A stretch of DNA of 64,000 bases from Acidimicrobiia bacterium (lineage in GTDB: Bacteria; Actinomycetota; Acidimicrobiia; Spongiisociales; Spongiisociaceae). This document shows, one piece after another, positions 1 to 8,511 of this stretch (positions are counted from its first letter, which is position 1; each line of letters begins with the position of its first letter). Under the pieces are notes generated by a model. It had not been told where the DNA came from. It was given only the letters and a program-made list of their open reading frames with translations, and searched no databases. The position numbers and the translations under genes are program-made. The stretch lies in contig VXMP01000003.1 in assembly GCA_009841075.1 (NCBI GenBank), forward strand, positions 2,023-66,022. Reading direction: 5' to 3'.

Positions 1-672
1 CAGGGCCTCACCCGTCAAGCCCACATAGGCGGGTTCGTTAGGGCCGGAGCGATGAGGTTCCGGTGCCAGAAAGGGGGTGTCGGTTTCGACTACCACCCGC
101 TCGGGAGGGACCAGCGCCGCTCCCCGTCGGATGGTGTCGCCGGTGGAATAGGTGACCGGCCCGGCAAAGGAGAAGGTTACCCCGAGTTCCAGAAACCGCT
201 TCGACCAGCGCGGCCCGCCCGTCCAGCAATGCAGCACCACCCAGGGGCCGGATCCCTCGCTCTCCAGGATTTCGTACACCTGCCGGAAGGCGTCGCGACA
301 GTGCACGATCAAAGGTTTGGACAGCTCGATGGCGATCCGATGGTGGCCCACAAAGCTCTCGATCTGCGCTTTCTCCGGCGCAAGGTTGCGGTAAAAGTCC
401 AAACCGGTTTCGCCGATGGCCTGTGCCTTCTCCATCAAAACCCGCAGTCCTTCGCGCTGGTTCGGCCAATCGTCTGCATGGTGAGGGTGCAGGCCGGCGG
501 CATAGAAGGCCCGCCCGGGTAGGTCGTGGGCGATCTGACGGGCCGCCCTGGAAGATTCGAGATCGATCCCTGGGACTACCACGGAACGCACATCCCTTGC
601 CCGGTTGAGCAGGACGTCGGGGGATCGGGTATCAATCTGGAGATGGCAGTGTGTGTCAACCCATTCGGCCAC
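1..672 (-). CDS. tatD: TatD-family metal-dependent hydrolase/DNase (3' end cut by window edge)
   Basis: Own minus-strand translation; absent from the ORF track because it has a GTG start at 672 and runs open to base 1. Sequence reads VAEWVDTHCHLQ (HxH metal motif) ... VLHCWTGGPRWSKRFLELGVTFSFAGPVTY ... VVETDTPFLAPEPHRSGPNEPAYV, which are typical TatD motifs. It lies 43 nt downstream of the rsmI stop. Confidence 0.85.
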   Translation of the reverse strand, partial: MAEWVDTHCHLQIDTRSPDVLLNRARDVRSVVVPGIDLESSRAARQIAHDLPGRAFYAAGLHPHHADDWPNQREGLRVLMEKAQAIGETGLDFYRNLAPEKAQIESFVGHHRIAIELSKPLIVHCRDAFRQVYEILESEGSGPWVVLHCWTGGPRWSKRFLELGVTFSFAGPVTYSTGDTIRRGAALVPPERVVVETDTPFLAPEPHRSGPNEPAYVGLTGEAL

Positions 673-715
673 GCACCGGAGGGTAGCCACAGTTCGCCGA
701 AATGGGGTTTACCAA

Positions 716-1537
716 CTACCCCTGGAGCACAGCCTGGTAGAGCATGCGGCGGGACATCTCCATCTCCTTGGCCACATGGCGGACCGCCTCCGACATCGGC
801 TCCCCCTGCTCCATCCGGCCCTTGACCTCCTCCACCGCCTGCTCCAAAGGGACCAACGGGGGCGGACTACCCTCCAATACCAGGGTGAACTCTCCTCGAG
901 GCATACGAAGATTACATTCTTGTGCCGCCTCGCCGATCCCGCCCGACCACACCTCTTCGTGGACCTTGGTGAGCTCCCGTACCACGGTTACCGGTCGCTG
1001 ATCGCCCAGCTTCTGGGCCAGGTCGGCCAGGTCCTGCGCCACCCGGGTCGGGGCGGAAAACAGCACAATGGTGCGTTGCTCCACCGCCAAAAGGTCGAGA
1101 CGAGCCCGACGATCTCCCCCCTGACGAGGGAGAAAACCTTCGAACACGAACCTTTCGGACGGGAGGCCGGAAACCGCCAAGGCTGCTACCACCGCACTCG
1201 GCCCGGGGACTATAGAGACCGTCGCCCCCACCCGCCGGGCTGACCGAACCGCGGATAGGCCGGGATCGCCGATGGCCGGAGTGCCCGCATCCGTGATCAG
1301 AGCCACCAGGGCACCGTCGGCGAGCTTTCCGGCCAGCCAATCCGACCGGTCCGCCTCGTTGCCCAAATGGTAGGAAACCGGTCGGGTGCCGATACCTAGG
1401 TGGTTGAGGAGGATTCGGGCTCGACGGGTATCTTCGGCCAGGATGAGGTGGGCTTCTCCTAGAGTTTCGGCCAGACGGGTGGAGATGTCACCCAGGTTAC
1501 CGATCGGTGTGGAGCAGAGCACCAGCCGCCCGGTCAT
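716..1537 (-). CDS. rsmI: 16S rRNA (cytidine1402-2'-O)-methyltransferase RsmI
   Basis: 273 aa. N-terminus is GRLVLCSTPIGNLGDIS, followed by ILAEDTRR, ITDAGTPAIGDPG and VPGPSAVVAALAVSG. This is the tetrapyrrole-methylase-fold RsmI signature. Confidence 0.9.
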   Translation of the reverse strand: MTGRLVLCSTPIGNLGDISTRLAETLGEAHLILAEDTRRARILLNHLGIGTRPVSYHLGNEADRSDWLAGKLADGALVALITDAGTPAIGDPGLSAVRSARRVGATVSIVPGPSAVVAALAVSGLPSERFVFEGFLPRQGGDRRARLDLLAVEQRTIVLFSAPTRVAQDLADLAQKLGDQRPVTVVRELTKVHEEVWSGGIGEAAQECNLRMPRGEFTLVLEGSPPPLVPLEQAVEEVKGRMEQGEPMSEAVRHVAKEMEMSRRMLYQAVLQG

Positions 1538-1547
1538 GGCCGAGCCG

Positions 1548-2987
1548 TCATTGGAGGTTGATTCCCAGTTGGGCGGCCGCCAGTTGTCCCGCCTCCGTAT
1601 CAGAAGCCACTACCAGGGTGAGCACCCCTATATCCCAAGACAGCATGGCATAATCCGCCCCTACCCATTCGGTGGTGGTGTCGATCACCCGGGAGTCTCC
1701 GACGTCCATTCCCTCCCTCACCAGATTCCGGATAGCCGCGTTGTATTCGGATTCGTCCTGGAAGGAGTCGGCAGTCAGACGAGCCGCGAACACCAGGTTC
1801 CGGGAGTCGGGTTCCCATAACAGCTGGTAAAGGTCGCCTCCCCAACCTTCGGCGGACCGGGCAGCCGAAACCGGATCGCCATGATGCGAAAAAAGGCCTC
1901 GCCACCGCAGCTCTCCCCAGGTACCGTCCTCCACCGTCTCGTAACCCCCCAGAACCACCCGAAACGGATTGGGCCGAGCTGCCGGCTCCTGGGCTCGGTA
2001 TTTTTCGAGGTGCAGTACCTGCTCGGTGGTATCAGGGGGGCGCTCGAACGCCTGGTCCAAGGCGGCGAAACCCCCTCTCCTGTACAAATCGAAAGCCAGG
2101 TTGGCACCGTCCTGTCCCGGGAAAACCCTCTCCTCGACCGCCAGTCGAGGAACGTTAGCCAAGGCAGACAGGTCCGGATCGGAGCCCGGATCGGTGGCTG
2201 CGGCGGCCTGTTCATAGATCAAAGCCGTCCGATCCTCCCCCAGTGACTCAAGATACAGGGTCTGGACCAATACCGCTTCTCCTTCGTGCAGTGCCCGGCG
2301 AGCCAAGGCCTGGTCCCCTCCGTCTAGGTCGAGGTCCACCTCCGGGTGATAAGAATCCGGATGATGCTGGTGGGCCAAGGCCTTGGTCAGCTCGCCCACC
2401 AGCAACAGGCTTCCGTACTCGTCCAAGGGCAAAGAACGGTCCGGGATTAAAACGCCTTCCGGCGGGGCGTAGATCGGCCGGACGAAGGAATCCTCTAACG
2501 CCGAATAGAGGGTTTCCCAATCTGTCCCGGATGCCAACATCCCCAGTAGCTCAAAGAAGTCCTTCATATAGTCCCTCTCGTCGAGAGGGGCCGCTTCGAT
2601 ACCGCCTGCAACCATCTCTTCGATTGAAACCCTCCCCACCCAGGGTCGAAACAAAAAAGACCGGCCCCTCAAAGACTCGACGGTACCTATCAGGGCTTCG
2701 ACTTGATCCACATAGGGGTCGGGTAGATCCCAAAGAACCGTGGTGGTAGTAGTGGTAGGTGGAAGGGTGGTAGTGGTAGTCGTCGAAGAGGAGGGGACGT
2801 TCGGCGGCGGCCTGGTGGTCGTCACCGTAGGAGGAACAGTGGTGTCCGTAACCGAAGATGCAGACCCGTCATCTGAGACTTGGGAACCACACCCGGACAA
2901 CCCGGCGAGAAGGGTCGTCCCCAGCACCGCCATCACGAAAAGTCGGGGTTGGTTCCCTATGACGGTCTGGGAGGGTACCTTTATCAA
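1548..2987 (-). CDS. Secreted lipoprotein of unknown function with a Thr/Pro-rich linker; possible degenerate MA-clan metalloprotease-like domain
   Basis: 479 aa. Lipobox LLAGLSGC, then a poly-Thr/Pro/Ser linker. Later come GELTKALAHQHH and ALHEGEAVLVQ, which resemble (from memory) an HExxH...EGDA secreted protease family with both His ligands replaced. Confidence 0.6.
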   Translation of the reverse strand: MIKVPSQTVIGNQPRLFVMAVLGTTLLAGLSGCGSQVSDDGSASSVTDTTVPPTVTTTRPPPNVPSSSTTTTTTLPPTTTTTTVLWDLPDPYVDQVEALIGTVESLRGRSFLFRPWVGRVSIEEMVAGGIEAAPLDERDYMKDFFELLGMLASGTDWETLYSALEDSFVRPIYAPPEGVLIPDRSLPLDEYGSLLLVGELTKALAHQHHPDSYHPEVDLDLDGGDQALARRALHEGEAVLVQTLYLESLGEDRTALIYEQAAAATDPGSDPDLSALANVPRLAVEERVFPGQDGANLAFDLYRRGGFAALDQAFERPPDTTEQVLHLEKYRAQEPAARPNPFRVVLGGYETVEDGTWGELRWRGLFSHHGDPVSAARSAEGWGGDLYQLLWEPDSRNLVFAARLTADSFQDESEYNAAIRNLVREGMDVGDSRVIDTTTEWVGADYAMLSWDIGVLTLVVASDTEAGQLAAAQLGINLQ

Positions 2988-3769
2988 GACTCCGGTACGT
3001 CGTAGGTCTGGGCGGTGAGCGCCCCATCAACCACCAGGTTGACCCCGCTTATGTACTTGGCGGCATCCGATGCCAGGAAGAGGAAGGCCTCGGCGATATC
3101 AATGTCGTCGGCGAGACGGTTGGCAGGTACCACCGGGAACCCTTCCTTTCTCCACTTGTCCATCAGCTCCTCGCCCACCAGATCCACCGACTGCTGGGTA
3201 TCGGCCGGACCAGGGCTTACGCAGTTGGCGCGGATGCCGTAGTCGGCGCATTCCACCGCGATGGCCTTGGCCAAAGACACCAGCCCTGCCTTGCTGACGC
3301 AGTAGGCGGTGAAGCCGCGTCCGTGCCCCAGGGCCACAATGGAGGAAGTGAACAGTATCGCGCCCCCTCCCGTACCCTTCATGGCTCGGGCGGCCTCACG
3401 AGCCAACACAAAGTAGGCGTCCAGGTTGACCGTCATGATGCGTCGCCAATCCTCGGTAGACAGGTCGATAAACCGGGCGTCAACCCAGGCGGCGGCGTTG
3501 GCCACCATCACGTCCAGTCGGGGATCAACCTCCAAAGCACGGGCGATAGCCTGCTTGCAGTTGTCCAAGTCGCCCAGGTCATAGGGGATCTGATGGGCCA
3601 CCGCCCCGTATTCCTCGATTGAGGGGGCGGTAGCTTCCAAACGATCCTGGTTATAGTCCACCAGGTAGAGGTGCTTGGCACCCTCTTCGGCGAACCTTTG
3701 GGCGGTTCGGCGTCCGAAACCGCTCCCGGCACCGGTTACAAATACGTTCTTGCCTTCGAATCTTCTCAT
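2984..3769 (-). CDS. Short-chain dehydrogenase/reductase (SDR) family oxidoreductase
   Basis: 261 aa. VTGAGSGFG (TGxxxGxG NAD(P) motif), NAA, and catalytic YCVSKAG (YxxxK). Confidence 0.9.
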   Translation of the reverse strand: MRRFEGKNVFVTGAGSGFGRRTAQRFAEEGAKHLYLVDYNQDRLEATAPSIEEYGAVAHQIPYDLGDLDNCKQAIARALEVDPRLDVMVANAAAWVDARFIDLSTEDWRRIMTVNLDAYFVLAREAARAMKGTGGGAILFTSSIVALGHGRGFTAYCVSKAGLVSLAKAIAVECADYGIRANCVSPGPADTQQSVDLVGEELMDKWRKEGFPVVPANRLADDIDIAEAFLFLASDAAKYISGVNLVVDGALTAQTYDVPES

Positions 3770-4131
3770 TCGGCCTTCTCCCAGGTTGAAGCCAACCCCG
3801 GCCCCCGATCCGGTGGAGGCACGATTACATGTTCCTTAACCACCCAGAAGGTACCGGTGGTCTTGGCGTAGCGTCCGACATCTTCCCAGGCCGCAGCCGC
3901 CTGTTCGGTAGCCGAGGCCCTATCCCAGGCAGCCTCATCGTCGTACCATTGTTCCACGAAGGCTTCCGTCTCCAGCTCGCCGCCGATCTTCTTAACCACC
4001 TCGGACACCACATACCCGCGTAGGCCGGGCAGTTGTGCCGAGATCGGAGCGTGGACATCGAACCAGTAGTCGAAGAATCCCTGCTTGGTGAAGTCGTCTC
4101 GTTTGTAGGCGGTCCCTATGAGTTTGATCAC
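3766..4131 (-). CDS. EthD-domain protein
   Basis: 121 aa. MIKLIGTAYKRDDFTKQGFFDYWFDVHAPI ... LRGYVVSEV matches the EthD/TIGR02118-like pattern. There is a 4-nt start/stop overlap with the SDR gene. Confidence 0.75.
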   Translation of the reverse strand: MIKLIGTAYKRDDFTKQGFFDYWFDVHAPISAQLPGLRGYVVSEVVKKIGGELETEAFVEQWYDDEAAWDRASATEQAAAAWEDVGRYAKTTGTFWVVKEHVIVPPPDRGPGLASTWEKAE

Positions 4132-4308
4132 CCCTACTCCTCCCTTGCGTTGGCGAATGCTTAGGGATCAATTTATCAAAACCATCGGCAGCCGGCAGCG
4201 TGGAAAGGCCGATGCGTTACGGAATAGCACAGAAATCCACCTAAACGGGAATATGATCGGGATACCAACCCGTCCTATCGGGGCGTTTATGGCGAGGAAC
4301 AGGAAAGC

Positions 4309-5517
4309 ATGAGGAGTCAGACTTCGGGCCGGATCATCCTGGGGTTGATCTTTATAGCGGTTCTGATATTCGTCCTTTTTAACCAGGGCGGAAGTGAGGA
4401 CAATCAGGTCGAGACCTCTTCAGTAACCGTCCCGACGGCTGAACCTACCTCCGCCGTTTCCGAAACCTCTACAACCGTAGAAGGGGTTGCCGACTCCCCC
4501 TCCCCCGACACCACCGAAGCGCCGGCTATTACCACTACGACCCAACCCTCCTCCACCACGACCGCTACCGTAGAATCCCCCCCGGCCATCACCGAACCGA
4601 CGACAACTACCTCCACCGGTAGCACGTCAACCACCCTCCCGGCGGCTGAGACCGTTGACCCCGACTTCTCCGCTGCACTGGAAGACACCCGACAAACCCT
4701 TACCAGCCTGGTTGAGAAGATGACCGATTCCAACCGTCTGTTCGACAACCGTGATCCGGATGGACCCGACTTCCCGATGACCGTTCACCTCCTGTCCGGC
4801 GAGGTTGATACCGCCCGTTACCTGGTTGAGTTGGTGACCGAAATGGAAGCTCCTGAACCTCTTGCCGAATCCCATAAAGAGATTATTGAGCAGGCCGAAC
4901 TTCTCCTCACCAGATCGGAAGAGGTGCTGGCCGGACTTCTTCTCCCCTACCCGGAAGACGGTTCGGTGCGTAGAAAGAAACTGGCCGACTTCAACGTTTC
5001 TTCCGAAACCTTCACCCTCTTCCTTGGCAATCAGATCAAAAACATTGAAGAGAACGCCGAAGAACTCGGTTTGGCATCCTTAGACCCGGATGCGGGCGAA
5101 TTGGGCTGGGACCCCGAAGCGGTTTACTACCTGGAGTGGCTGCAAGGCATAGCCGAAAAAGTGGACGACATCCACACCGGTATCAATCAAATCAACCAGG
5201 CCTGGGATCGGCAGCGGGAGCTGGGTGTCACCTACCGCCAGATCGAGGCAAGCCTGATCGAAATCCTGGAAGAAACCCAATCCCTGGAATTAACGGTTCG
5301 TGACCTTCCCACCCCCCCTGAACTATACGACCTCCACCAAGGAGCGGGCGGGCTGAACGACCTGGCCGGCCAACTAGTGAAAGCCGCCGAACAAGCCCTG
5401 GCCGGGCTGCGTCTCCCCTCCCCCGATGACGGAACCCATCGGCGCAACTCTGCCGCCGAATACACCACCACCTCCGAAGAGTTGATATCCGTCTTAGATC
5501 AACTGATAAGCAGCTAA
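4309..5517 (+). CDS. Membrane-anchored extracytoplasmic protein, unknown function
   Basis: 402 aa. N-terminal TM helix (IILGLIFIAVLIFVLF), then a Ser/Thr/Pro-rich linker, then two helical modules that both end in AGLxLPxPxDGxxRR. Confidence 0.7.
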   Translation: MRSQTSGRIILGLIFIAVLIFVLFNQGGSEDNQVETSSVTVPTAEPTSAVSETSTTVEGVADSPSPDTTEAPAITTTTQPSSTTTATVESPPAITEPTTTTSTGSTSTTLPAAETVDPDFSAALEDTRQTLTSLVEKMTDSNRLFDNRDPDGPDFPMTVHLLSGEVDTARYLVELVTEMEAPEPLAESHKEIIEQAELLLTRSEEVLAGLLLPYPEDGSVRRKKLADFNVSSETFTLFLGNQIKNIEENAEELGLASLDPDAGELGWDPEAVYYLEWLQGIAEKVDDIHTGINQINQAWDRQRELGVTYRQIEASLIEILEETQSLELTVRDLPTPPELYDLHQGAGGLNDLAGQLVKAAEQALAGLRLPSPDDGTHRRNSAAEYTTTSEELISVLDQLISS

Positions 5518-6225
5518 GACCCGGCTTTCTTTACACACGAATTAAGCTCGTCTCTCCACTTGGCAAAGTCGTACCAGCCGCAACCGATACACCCGGTAGG
5601 ATCATCTTTGTCTTGGGGCTCCCATACGCCGTCGCCGAAGTAGAAGAACTCAATTCCGAACGGGGTGCCTCGGTTTCCGGTTTGGTAGCAGGTCTCGCAA
5701 GCCCGACTCTTCAGTAGGTTGTGACTTACGCTGCCGTTGGATGATTTGAGCATCTGAAACCGGTCGCGAATGTCGTCATCCGACATCTCGGAATAGTTGG
5801 TCTGGCTGACCCTTGTTTGCGCGTTCCACCTTATCAACGGCAGTTTATGATCTATTGTCAACTCACTAGGAGAGCGGCTTGTCAGTTCCACAACATCTCT
5901 CAGGCCCAGGACGCGCTGCACCCTCTTGGAAAAATTTCCGGGGATAGACGAATATGGAACCGAGGGTTTTAGAACACCTGTCCAACGATCCTGTCTGGTT
6001 GGGTTTTTCGCACCGTTTGCAATGCCCTGTTCGGCTTTCAATCTCCATCCCGTCTCTGGAGTTGGTGCCTCGCTGAAGGCCCTGTATCCCGGATCCCCCG
6101 GCAATCTGCGTAGTCTGCACATGAATGTACTCACACTCCCGACAGTGCCACTTCTGGTCTTCCAAAACCAGGTAGACCCGGTATACCTTTGAACCTGGCT
6201 TAAACGAATCGGCAAAGGAACTCAC
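5514..6225 (-). pseudogene. HNH (His-Me finger) restriction endonuclease, apparently frameshifted
   Basis: Two overlapping minus-strand frames are open. Frame A (6225-5866) has a GTG start overlapping the MTase stop as GTGA, and reads KVYRVYLVLEDQKWHCRECEY...HCKRCEKP (zinc-ribbon-like). Frame B (6215-5514) carries ELTIDHKLPLIRW ... SHNLLKSRACETCY ... CIGCGWYD (HNH plus CxxC). A single protein needs a frame change somewhere in 5930-6100. Confidence 0.55.
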
Positions 6226-7211
6226 GCGAACATTCCCAATCCGGCGACTCGCTGGGCGGCGGCATCAAATATCTCGGGATCGTTCTCGAACGCCAGAACC
6301 CTCCTGTTCTTTTCCGCTGCAGCGACGACTGTGGTAGCACTGCCTGCAAAGGGGTCCAGCACCAAATCGCCTGGGTCGCTGAAAAGGTCTACAAACTCGG
6401 AAATAAGGCTCAGAGGTTTCTGAGTGGGATGGATGCGCTGCTGGGGAGAAGGAGATTTATGCGTGAAGACATTGTGGATTACATGGCCGTTGAACTTGGT
6501 GCCGGGTCGTTTACCCACCATGATCGCTTCCCAGGCGTTGATCGGCTTGAACCTATGGTTAAAGGGCACCGGGTTGGTCTTGTGCTATACCATGGGGCCC
6601 ACTGCTACCAGCCCGTGCTGCTCAAAAATCTCGCAGTACTCGCCTATCTGGGCCTGCGCACAGAACACCACCGCCCACCCTCTAACCTTGGGAAGTACAG
6701 ACCCGGTCCACTCTGGGGGAAGGGGGAAGCGATTGTCCCAATCCCCGAAATGGCCCTTGGGCATTATGAAGTCGGCACCGTTTTTGCGCGAACGTCTGGG
6801 AACCTGGGTTTCACAGGTATAAGCCTTGCTTATGCTGTAAGGGGGGTCGGTCAAAAGCAGATCCACAGATCTGTCTACCAGCGCTGCGGCTCCTTTGATA
6901 CCGTCTCCAAACCTGAAATCATAGAAACTGCCCGATTGATCTACCGGCACGCCCACTTGTCCGGCCTCTTCGGCTGCTTCTACCGCATCAATTACCGAGC
7001 CCACCGTCCCGACCGTCAGATCAACTCCACCATCTCGCACCCGGAGCTCTCCCAGCCGGACAATTTCCTTACCCGTTTTCTTCTGAAGCTCCACCCGATG
7101 CGCTCCGTCCCCTTGCCCGATAACGGCATGGCTGATGTGTTGACGGTGCATCGGGAAATTGTCGGAAACCCATTTGTTGACTTGGTAACGGACCTCCAAT
7201 AGTTCCGTCAT
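6222..7211 (-). pseudogene. Beta-class N4/N6 DNA methyltransferase interrupted by an in-frame TAG
   Basis: ORFs 6585-7211 (LLLTDPPYSISK, motif IV) and 6222-6569 (HPTQKPLSLI, LVLDPFAGSATT, motif I) are in the same frame. They are separated only by TAG at 6585-6587: ...GPMV*HKTNPVPFNHRFKP. Confidence 0.8.
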
Positions 7212-7437
7212 TATCTTCCCCTTTGTCTGCGTTCGTCCGGCCCGACCGGTAGCGCTCTCACGGGAGCCTTGTGGTTTAGCAGCCCTCCAATAGTCATAGG
7301 TTAATGGCAGGGTGTGACAGGTTACGCCTTACCCAGTCCACCCACCTAACTACTGACGCCAACGGAATCGTCACCACCAGACGAATAGCCGTGTCATCCA
7401 CCCACGCAAAATCTAGGTCTCTCGCGGCTGTCGGCGA

Positions 7438-8511
7438 ATGGCCGAAAGTAACCTGCCAAAATCCCATTTGAGCATCGGAGCCGGCCGGCATCCGGTTCAA
7501 CCAAGGAGAGTTTCCCTGTCCGTATTGCCTTTTGTTTCGGTGGTTATGGCGGTGCGGGACGAGGCCGCCTATATCGAGGCCACCTTGCGGGCCATCTTCG
7601 ACCAGGACTATGCGGGCGACCTGGAAGTGGTGGTTGCCGATGGCGGGAGCACAGATGGAACCCTGGATATCTTGGAGGAATGGGCTTCTAAGGAGCGCCG
7701 CCTGACCGTAATCAACAACCCGGAGGGAGTGGTCGGGGCCGGTCTGAACCGGGCGATAGAAATGTCCACCGGCGAGGTGCTGGTTCGTTGCGACGGACAT
7801 GCCGAGCTCCCCTTGGACTACGTAGGAAGAGCGGTTCGGACCCTCCGTCAAACCGGGGTGGCCAACGTGGGAGGACGCCAGCTTCCGGTGGGCAATAGCC
7901 CGGCCCAAAAGGCCATCGCCGCCGCCATGGGTTATCAGATGGTGGTAGGGAACGCCCGGTTCAGGCGATCCAAACGGGCCGGCCCGGCCGATACCGTCTA
8001 TCTCGGAGTATTCGAACGTGAGGCTCTCGACCGGGTGGGAGGATTCGACCCGGGCCTGGTCCGTAATCAGGATTACGAGCTCAACTATCGGCTGAGGAAG
8101 GCGGGAGAGGTGGTGTGGTTCGACCCGGGCCTGTCCGTTAACTACCGGCCCAGATCCGGCCTAAGGGCGCTGTGGAGACAGTACCTCGACTACGGAAGAT
8201 GGAAACGGAAGATGCTGGCCGGTAATCCGGGAGCCCTCGCCATCCGGCAATTGGCGGCTCCGGCGCTGACGTTAGGGCTGGCCGGCTCGATTATCGGTGG
8301 CCTGGCGGGCCGGGCCGGTTGGTGGATACTCCCCGCCCTATACGGAGCCCTGGTGGTGGGGATTACCCTCACCGAGCTGATCAAACGCCCCGATCCGGCT
8401 GCCCTGCTGCTCCCTGCCGTGATTCCGATCATCCATCTGGGTTGGGGGATCGGTTTCTTATTCCTACCGGTCCGGCGGCGTAGGACCCTTCCAGAAGAAG
8501 GCCCGGGCTAA
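7438..8511 (+). CDS. Family-2 glycosyltransferase (ExoA-like) with C-terminal TM helices
   Basis: 357 aa. FVSVVMAVRDEAAYIEATLRAIFDQDY, EVVVADGGSTDGT and RNQDYELNYRL, followed by a hydrophobic tail. Confidence 0.85.
   Translation: MAESNLPKSHLSIGAGRHPVQPRRVSLSVLPFVSVVMAVRDEAAYIEATLRAIFDQDYAGDLEVVVADGGSTDGTLDILEEWASKERRLTVINNPEGVVGAGLNRAIEMSTGEVLVRCDGHAELPLDYVGRAVRTLRQTGVANVGGRQLPVGNSPAQKAIAAAMGYQMVVGNARFRRSKRAGPADTVYLGVFEREALDRVGGFDPGLVRNQDYELNYRLRKAGEVVWFDPGLSVNYRPRSGLRALWRQYLDYGRWKRKMLAGNPGALAIRQLAAPALTLGLAGSIIGGLAGRAGWWILPALYGALVVGITLTELIKRPDPAALLLPAVIPIIHLGWGIGFLFLPVRRRRTLPEEGPG

Noticed and set aside
6585-6587. TAG read as pyrrolysine or programmed readthrough
   Set aside because: No pyl genes or context are visible, and TAG is used as an ordinary stop elsewhere in the window (e.g. 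rsmI, the HNH gene). A nonsense mutation is the simpler reading.
6429-7202. 257-aa plus-strand ORF spanning the site opposite the MTase amber codon
   Set aside because: No recognisable motif. It lies antisense to clear DPPY/HPTQKP/FAGS motifs, so the MTase reading is far better supported.
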